Assembly: GCA_038065055.1 (NCBI GenBank) | Contig: JBBTRT010000004.1 | Span: 13,677-77,676, forward strand | Source of the DNA: Patescibacteria group bacterium | GTDB lineage: Bacteria > Patescibacteriota > Microgenomatia > UBA1400 > CG1-02-47-37 | Direction: 5' to 3' | Length of the DNA stretch: 64,000 bases | In this document: positions 58,621-64,000 of the stretch, piece after piece | Layout of the letters: every line of letters starts with the position of its first letter | How positions within the stretch are numbered: position 1 is the stretch's first letter | Notes under the pieces: generated by a model | The model's input: the letters and a program-made list of their open reading frames with translations, nothing else | What the model was told of the DNA's origin: nothing | Database searches by the model: none | Program-made: the position numbers and the translations under genes

Positions 58621-58629
58621 TCAACCACC

Positions 58630-59298
58630 ATGAGAATTTTAATTATTGAAGACGAACTCCGGTTAAACAATATTATCAAAACCGGCTTAACCGAAGCCGG
58701 TTTTGCTGTTGACCAGGCCTTTGATGGCGAGGAGGGTAAGTATTTGGCTGAAAGCGAACCGTACGACTTAATTATCCTGGATATTATGCTGCCAAAAATT
58801 AACGGCTTAGACTTGTGCCGCAAACTCAGGCAGAAAAATATTAAAATACCGGTATTAATGTTGACTGCCAAATCAAGCACGGAAGATAAAGTGGCTGGTT
58901 TGGACAGCGGCGCTGACGATTATTTAACCAAGCCGTTTTCTTTTATTGAACTTCGCTCCCGGATCCACGCCCTAATCAGGCGCAGCCATCAGGAAACCGC
59001 GCCAATACTTAAAGCCGAAGACTTGGAATTAGACCCCTTAAAACATTTGGTTTCCCGTAACCAAAAATTAATAAAATTAACCCCCAAAGAATTTGCCATT
59101 TTGGAACTTCTGCTCCGCCGCCTGGGCGAAGTTGTCAGCCGGACCATAATTATCGAACATGTTTGGGATTACAATTTTGACGGTTTAAGCAATGTCGTGG
59201 ATGTATTTGTGGGGTCGCTGCGCCGAAAAATCAATTTAAATGCCAAAATCAAATTGATCCATACAATTCATGGGGTTGGTTATCAAATCAACGCTTAA
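58630..59298 (+). CDS. OmpR-family response regulator (CusR/CopR-like)
   Basis: LIIEDE, LDIMLP, GADDYLTKPF, HTIHGVGY. Confidence 0.95.
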   Translation: MRILIIEDELRLNNIIKTGLTEAGFAVDQAFDGEEGKYLAESEPYDLIILDIMLPKINGLDLCRKLRQKNIKIPVLMLTAKSSTEDKVAGLDSGADDYLTKPFSFIELRSRIHALIRRSHQETAPILKAEDLELDPLKHLVSRNQKLIKLTPKEFAILELLLRRLGEVVSRTIIIEHVWDYNFDGLSNVVDVFVGSLRRKINLNAKIKLIHTIHGVGYQINA

Positions 59299-59301
59299 AT
59301 T

Positions 59302-60546
59302 ATGAACTCAAAAAATATCCGTTTTCGCATCCTGCTTTGGTACAGCCTGACGATTTTTTTTGCCGCGGCGATTATTTTTTCCGGTTTTTATCTGGTTACC
59401 CGCCAAATTTTATTTGCCCAGGTGGATAAAGAATTAAATCTTCATGCTGTCAAATTGGCCGAAATCGCCTCGCGCCAGGGAATCAATCTTCACGAAGCCA
59501 TGCTCAAGCAGCAGCTTTACAATGAATTCAGCGATATTCCCGGGATGGCCGTAGTCTTGCTGGATAGTAACGCTAGTTTGGTCAGAAGTTCCTTTACCGC
59601 TAATAACCCCTATGACGCCTACAACTGGCTTTACCGGCAAGCGCGAAACAACAATCAAGCGGTATTTTTAAATCAAAATATTAACAATGTCCAACTCCGG
59701 TTTGTTGGCTTGTCGATTAATAGCGATGACAATTTTTTAGGCGTTGTCTTAGTCGCTCATCCGGTCGAAGCCATTCAAAAATCATTAAATGTACTCCTTA
59801 AAACATTAGGGATAATATTTGGATTTTTAATCATTCCGCTTGGTTTCTACTTTAACCGGCTTTTAGACCAGTTGCAGCAGGCTTTTAAGCGGGAGCGGCA
59901 GTTCATCGGCGATGTCGCCCACGAATTGAAAACGCCTGTGGCAATTTTAACCAGCGGTCTTGAGCTGGTTTTATCCAAAAAGCGGCCAATCGCTGAATAC
60001 CATCGTGTTTTAAAGGAATCGCTGATTGACGTTAACCGGCTTTCCCAAACTATTAAAAACATTCTTGATTTGGCTTGGTTAGAGTCTGAAAACGCCCGTT
60101 TGCCTCAAAGCCGTTTTAATTTATCTGATGCGTTGAATGAATTAGCAGAAATTGCGCAAAAATTAGCCGCGAAAAAAAATATCCGTTTAACTGCCGAAAT
60201 CGCCCCTGGAATTATTATTGCCGGATCCTCTGATAAAATTTTCCGGGCAATTTTAAATGTGACTGATAACGCGGTTAAATTTACTCCTTCAGGAAAATCA
60301 ATTTCTTTATCTCTAAAAAAACTCCGGGACCAGGCAGTAATTACTATTAAAGATACCGGTATTGGAATTCCCCAAACAGAATTGCCGCACATTTTTACCC
60401 GATTTTACCGGGGGGCGAAAACTGCCAAAACTTTGGGATCAGGCCTGGGTTTGGCGATCGCTAAGGGTATCATTAAAGCCCATCAAGGCGAAATTAATAT
60501 TACCAGCCAGGTAGGCAAAGGTACCTGTGCTACGATAAAATTATGA
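59302..60546 (+). CDS. Sensor histidine kinase (HAMP largely missing)
   Basis: Two TMs, AHELKTP, DNAVKF, DTGIGI, GSGLGL. Confidence 0.93.
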   Translation: MNSKNIRFRILLWYSLTIFFAAAIIFSGFYLVTRQILFAQVDKELNLHAVKLAEIASRQGINLHEAMLKQQLYNEFSDIPGMAVVLLDSNASLVRSSFTANNPYDAYNWLYRQARNNNQAVFLNQNINNVQLRFVGLSINSDDNFLGVVLVAHPVEAIQKSLNVLLKTLGIIFGFLIIPLGFYFNRLLDQLQQAFKRERQFIGDVAHELKTPVAILTSGLELVLSKKRPIAEYHRVLKESLIDVNRLSQTIKNILDLAWLESENARLPQSRFNLSDALNELAEIAQKLAAKKNIRLTAEIAPGIIIAGSSDKIFRAILNVTDNAVKFTPSGKSISLSLKKLRDQAVITIKDTGIGIPQTELPHIFTRFYRGAKTAKTLGSGLGLAIAKGIIKAHQGEINITSQVGKGTCATIKL

Positions 60547-60917
60547 AAATTAAGCCATTGAGTCCATTGGAGCAAGAAGCGATGAACATTGTTTGGAGCT
60601 TTAAACAATGTACGGTCAGAGATGTTTTAAGGAAACTAAAGAATAAAAACCTTGCCTACACGACCGTTTCCACAATTCTCACCCGCTTGTATGAAAAAGG
60701 GATGTTAGCTAAACTTGGGGAAGGCGCCGCCATTATCTATGAACCTAAAATAGAGAAAAAAGATTATGGCAAGTCAGTTGCCGGATCCTTCTTCGCCAAA
60801 TTTTTTCATTCCTTTGGCGATGCGGCCATTACTTCCTTTGCTGAATCGATAGAAGAGTTACCTAAAAAGAAAAAGAACTATTTTTTGAAACTTTTGAAAA
60901 AGCGCCATGAAAATTAA
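60543..60917 (+). CDS. BlaI/MecI/CopY family repressor
   Basis: LSPLEQEAMNIVW, LAYTTVSTILTRLYEKG. Confidence 0.92.
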   Translation: MKIKPLSPLEQEAMNIVWSFKQCTVRDVLRKLKNKNLAYTTVSTILTRLYEKGMLAKLGEGAAIIYEPKIEKKDYGKSVAGSFFAKFFHSFGDAAITSFAESIEELPKKKKNYFLKLLKKRHEN

Positions 60918-61761
60918 TTACTACTTATTGGGGTTTGCGGGCCTTTTTATATTTTTGGTATCGAGCCATTTTATTATTATTTTCAAATACTTTCAGATAC
61001 TTATTCATCATAGTATTTATTACTGCCTGGAAATGGCTAAGGCGTTGAATTTGCAACTGTCTGGAGATTTAGGGAGAGCCATAGTTGGGATTTTAGCGTT
61101 GGCGGCGCTTTTTACAGCAGTTAGAATATTTATCGCAATTTTCAAAGTGTATTCTTTTAGAAAATATCTCTCCGGAAATATTATTCAAACGAGAGGAAAC
61201 GTATCTTTTTTTAAACAACGCCAACCTCAGGCTTTCTGCTTTGGAATTCTTAAACCTAAAATTTATATTTCTAGCGGACTGGTGCGGCTGATGAGCAGTC
61301 AAGAGTTGGCAGTGATCTTGCGGCATGAAAAATATCACTTGGAGAAAAAAGATTCTCTTGTATTCCTGATGGCTTCTCTCATAGAATCATTATTCCCATT
61401 CTTTCCGGTGATTTCCGATTTCATCAGCGTTTATAGAACTGATAGAGAAGTGGAGGCAGACAAAATTGCTATTAGAAGCGCGGCCGATAAAAGATCGCTG
61501 GCTGAAATATTAAAAAAACTACTATTGTATGAACCAGCCCAATATCCAGCCTTTGTAGCGGGAATAATTTCTGAAAGTATGCTTGAAGCCCGTATCAACT
61601 CGCTGCTTATGGTTAAAACTACATATAAAAAAGTTCGCGGCAGAAATGTAGCTCTAAGTCTTGTCTCGCTCCTTGTTTTGGTAGGATTGATGGTTACTCC
61701 AATAAATGCGATAGAACTTCATGCCAATGGCCGCGATGCGGTTGTGATTTGCCCAATATAA
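60907..61761 (+). CDS. M56/BlaR1-type membrane metallopeptidase
   Basis: AFCFG, HEKYH zinc motif, EVEAD. Confidence 0.88.
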   Translation: MKINYYLLGFAGLFIFLVSSHFIIIFKYFQILIHHSIYYCLEMAKALNLQLSGDLGRAIVGILALAALFTAVRIFIAIFKVYSFRKYLSGNIIQTRGNVSFFKQRQPQAFCFGILKPKIYISSGLVRLMSSQELAVILRHEKYHLEKKDSLVFLMASLIESLFPFFPVISDFISVYRTDREVEADKIAIRSAADKRSLAEILKKLLLYEPAQYPAFVAGIISESMLEARINSLLMVKTTYKKVRGRNVALSLVSLLVLVGLMVTPINAIELHANGRDAVVICPI

Positions 61762-61771
61762 ATTTACCAGG

Positions 61772-61809
61772 TTGACAGCAGGTCACTTTTACTACTACAC
61801 TATGTAGTA
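61772..61809 (+). promoter_or_regulatory. dsbA promoter with BlaI/CopY-type operator
   Basis: TTGACA at 61772; TACTACA-CTA-TGTAGTA at 61793-61809. Confidence 0.7.
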
Positions 61810-61811
61810 AT

Positions 61812-62543
61812 ATGACAAAAATTTTAGTTTTTCTTTTGTTAATTAGTTCATTTTTTCTCGGTTCTCTTTCTACGAAAGTCAGGCTACTCGAAAAAGGTGG
61901 CCTGACTGTTGATACTCAAGCCCAGGCCAATAACCAAGCGCCGGAAGCAGCTCAACCACAAGCTATAACCAAAGGTGTTGCTTTAGTTGACGACGATCCG
62001 GTATTAGGTGATAAAAATGCGCCAGTCACGATCATTGAATTTTCCGATTATGAATGCCCGTTTTGCAAACGCCATTTTGATCAAACATTGCCTCAGTTAG
62101 TAGAAAAATATGTGGATACAGGCAAGGTAAAAATAGTTTTTAGAGATTTTCCGCTATCGTTCCACGATCCGATGGCCACCAAGGAAGCCGTGGCTGCCAA
62201 CTGTGCACGGGAGCAAGGCGGAGATAAAAAATACTTTGAGTTTCATCATGAAATTTTCCAGCGGACCACCTCAAACGGCAATGGCCTTGATGATGCCAAA
62301 ATCAAGACGATTGCCTCAGATTTAAGTTTAAACGTTGCTAAATTTTCTACTTGTTTGTCAAATAAAGCCATGGAGGATGAAGTTAAAAAGGATATTGTTG
62401 ATGGAACAGCGGCTGGCGCTTCCGGCACGCCAACGTTTGTAATTGGCAAAACAACTGAAACCGGAGAGGTGAATGGGGATTTACTGGTTGGCGCCCAGCC
62501 GTTCGCGGCTTTTCAGGGGCTGATTGAACCGCTGCTCCAGTAG
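61812..62543 (+). CDS. DsbA family thiol-disulfide oxidoreductase
   Basis: EFSDYECPFC, DFPL, GTPTF, GAQP. Confidence 0.92.
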   Translation: MTKILVFLLLISSFFLGSLSTKVRLLEKGGLTVDTQAQANNQAPEAAQPQAITKGVALVDDDPVLGDKNAPVTIIEFSDYECPFCKRHFDQTLPQLVEKYVDTGKVKIVFRDFPLSFHDPMATKEAVAANCAREQGGDKKYFEFHHEIFQRTTSNGNGLDDAKIKTIASDLSLNVAKFSTCLSNKAMEDEVKKDIVDGTAAGASGTPTFVIGKTTETGEVNGDLLVGAQPFAAFQGLIEPLLQ

Positions 62544-62549
62544 GCCGTC

Positions 62550-63062
62550 ATGATAAAATATTTAACCCTGTCAGTTTCCGTTTTTATGTTAGTGATTGCT
62601 TTTGCCGCTTGGTTGCCGAATTTCCACCTTATTACTAAAACTATGACATCTTCGACCATGACCTTGTGGCAAAAAACAAATTTGCTGACCAGCTTATTGG
62701 GTTCTTTGCAGACTAACTTTACCCCGCTGTCACGCAGTCTAACGATTATCAGCGCCGCGCTCACCGGGATACAAACCAGTTTGTTTATCTATTACTTGCG
62801 TCAATCGGTCAGAATCCAGCGGGAAATGGGCGTCTCTTTGGCTGGGGTAGCCACCAGTTTATTAGGAGTTGGCTGCGTGTCATGCGGTTCAGTCATGCTC
62901 ACCTCGCTGATTGGGTTTGGCGCGGCAACGACGGTGTTAGGAGCGTTGCCCTTTAGAGGACAGGAATTTGGTTTTGCGGGTATTGCTATCTTGTTATTCG
63001 CCATTAGTTTTACTCTTAAGAAAATAAATCAACCATATGTTTGTGAAGTTAAGAAAAAATAA
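62550..63062 (+). CDS. Membrane protein with GCxSC motif
   Basis: Hydrophobic; LGVGCVSCGS; C-terminal Cys. Confidence 0.75.
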   Translation: MIKYLTLSVSVFMLVIAFAAWLPNFHLITKTMTSSTMTLWQKTNLLTSLLGSLQTNFTPLSRSLTIISAALTGIQTSLFIYYLRQSVRIQREMGVSLAGVATSLLGVGCVSCGSVMLTSLIGFGAATTVLGALPFRGQEFGFAGIAILLFAISFTLKKINQPYVCEVKKK

Positions 63063-63063
63063 T

Positions 63064-63666
63064 ATGGAATTTCCGGAAAATTGGAATCAACTTTCAAAAC
63101 ACGAACGCAAACAGTTCAAGCGGAATTATTATCGAAAACAGCAGATTTGGCAGAGCAGAAAAGCTCAGATCAAAAAATATGCTGTGATCGCATTAATTAT
63201 CCTATTCACTGGTGTTGGAGGTTATTGGCTCGTAAAAGAATTAACTAAACCACTGCCTGGTGAATTTGTGGCCTCGCTTGGCAATAAACACATTGCCAAT
63301 CTTACTGATACCCACGAACAATATAATTCCTTACCGCCAACTTCCGGTTCACACGTCGGCGGCAAAGCATCATGGGGGGTAAGCGATTCTCCGATTCCTG
63401 ACGAATTGCAGCTTCACAATCTTGAAGATGGCGGGGTGGTGGCGCAGTACAACTGCGTTGAAGCTCAGGTAGACTGTAGAAAGTTAATTGAAGACCTAAG
63501 CGCTTTAGTGAAGCAATACCCCGATAAAGTCCTCATGGCGCCATATCCTCGGTTAGATACCCAGATAGCGTTAACTGCCTGGACCCGGGTTGACAAGTTT
63601 AATGATTTTGATCCAGAAAGAATCCGAAAGTTTATTAAAGCATTTAAGGGTATAGACCATCATTAG
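63064..63666 (+). CDS. DUF3105 domain protein
   Basis: YNSLPPTSGSH, LHNLEDGGV, IALTAW. Confidence 0.8.
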   Translation: MEFPENWNQLSKHERKQFKRNYYRKQQIWQSRKAQIKKYAVIALIILFTGVGGYWLVKELTKPLPGEFVASLGNKHIANLTDTHEQYNSLPPTSGSHVGGKASWGVSDSPIPDELQLHNLEDGGVVAQYNCVEAQVDCRKLIEDLSALVKQYPDKVLMAPYPRLDTQIALTAWTRVDKFNDFDPERIRKFIKAFKGIDHH

Positions 63667-63687
63667 TGGAATAGCTATAATGTATTT

Positions 63688-64000
63688 ATGAAAAAAGAAT
63701 CGATTCTCTACGGTATTATTGGATTATTAGCTGGTAGCTTATTAACTTGGCAGATGATGGGCATCCGCCAGGGGATTGGTCCTTCATCTATTGACAATAA
63801 TCTCGATAGGCACTTTATCGAACAAATGATTCCCCACCACGAAGGCGCGATTGAGATGGCTAAACTGGCTCAAGAACGCTCAAAACGTCCTGAAATTCTG
63901 ACGCTGGCCCAGGCTATTATCCAAAGCCAATCCAAAGAAATTACTCTGATGCAAGCTTGGTACAAGAACTGGTACAAAGTAGAAGTGCCGGTTAATGCAA
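63688..64000 (+). CDS. DUF305 (CopM-like) protein, truncated by window end
   Basis: Own translation MKKESILYG...DRHFIEQMIPHHEGAIEMAKLA...QSKEITLMQAW. Confidence 0.85.
   Translation, partial: MKKESILYGIIGLLAGSLLTWQMMGIRQGIGPSSIDNNLDRHFIEQMIPHHEGAIEMAKLAQERSKRPEILTLAQAIIQSQSKEITLMQAWYKNWYKVEVPVNA

Noticed and set aside
1-64000. Genetic code 25 (TGA=Gly) or selenocysteine recoding
   Set aside because: TGA ends rplP, rpsQ, rplX, rplQ and recA at expected positions; conserved genes are uninterrupted under code 11

Overview
Chromosomal window of a Patescibacteria/CPR bacterium, most like Microgenomates. This is inferred from the missing rpmD/L30, trimmed ribosomal proteins, a baseplate-J-like/sortase/ruvX/mltG block and PsbP-like surface proteins; TGA is used as stop (code 11). 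Core content: rpoBC, the str operon split by a ~5 kb accessory island between rpsG and fusA, the S10-spc-alpha cluster through rplM-rpsI, tRNA-Pro(GGG), recA-recX-rny-hup. Accessory content: several toxin-antitoxin modules, Fic, a doubled ABC-2 exporter, a cassette-like hotspot at 52.8-56 kb and a metal/thiol-redox island at 56-64 kb. Most notable non-gene signals: (1) several families of 15-30 bp hairpin elements sitting in frame inside proteins, including ribosomal L23, S3 and L29; (2) a Bro-N gene whose ELVTKCHQLK segment is encoded by a perfect DNA palindrome, with a covarying free-standing copy 1.6 kb away; (3) two 28-bp dif-like (11-6-11) sites in direct repeat, each abutting a REP-like hairpin, bracketing a 2.2 kb gene cassette; (4) widespread leaderless promoter architecture. 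All family assignments come from motif recognition by eye, not database searches.
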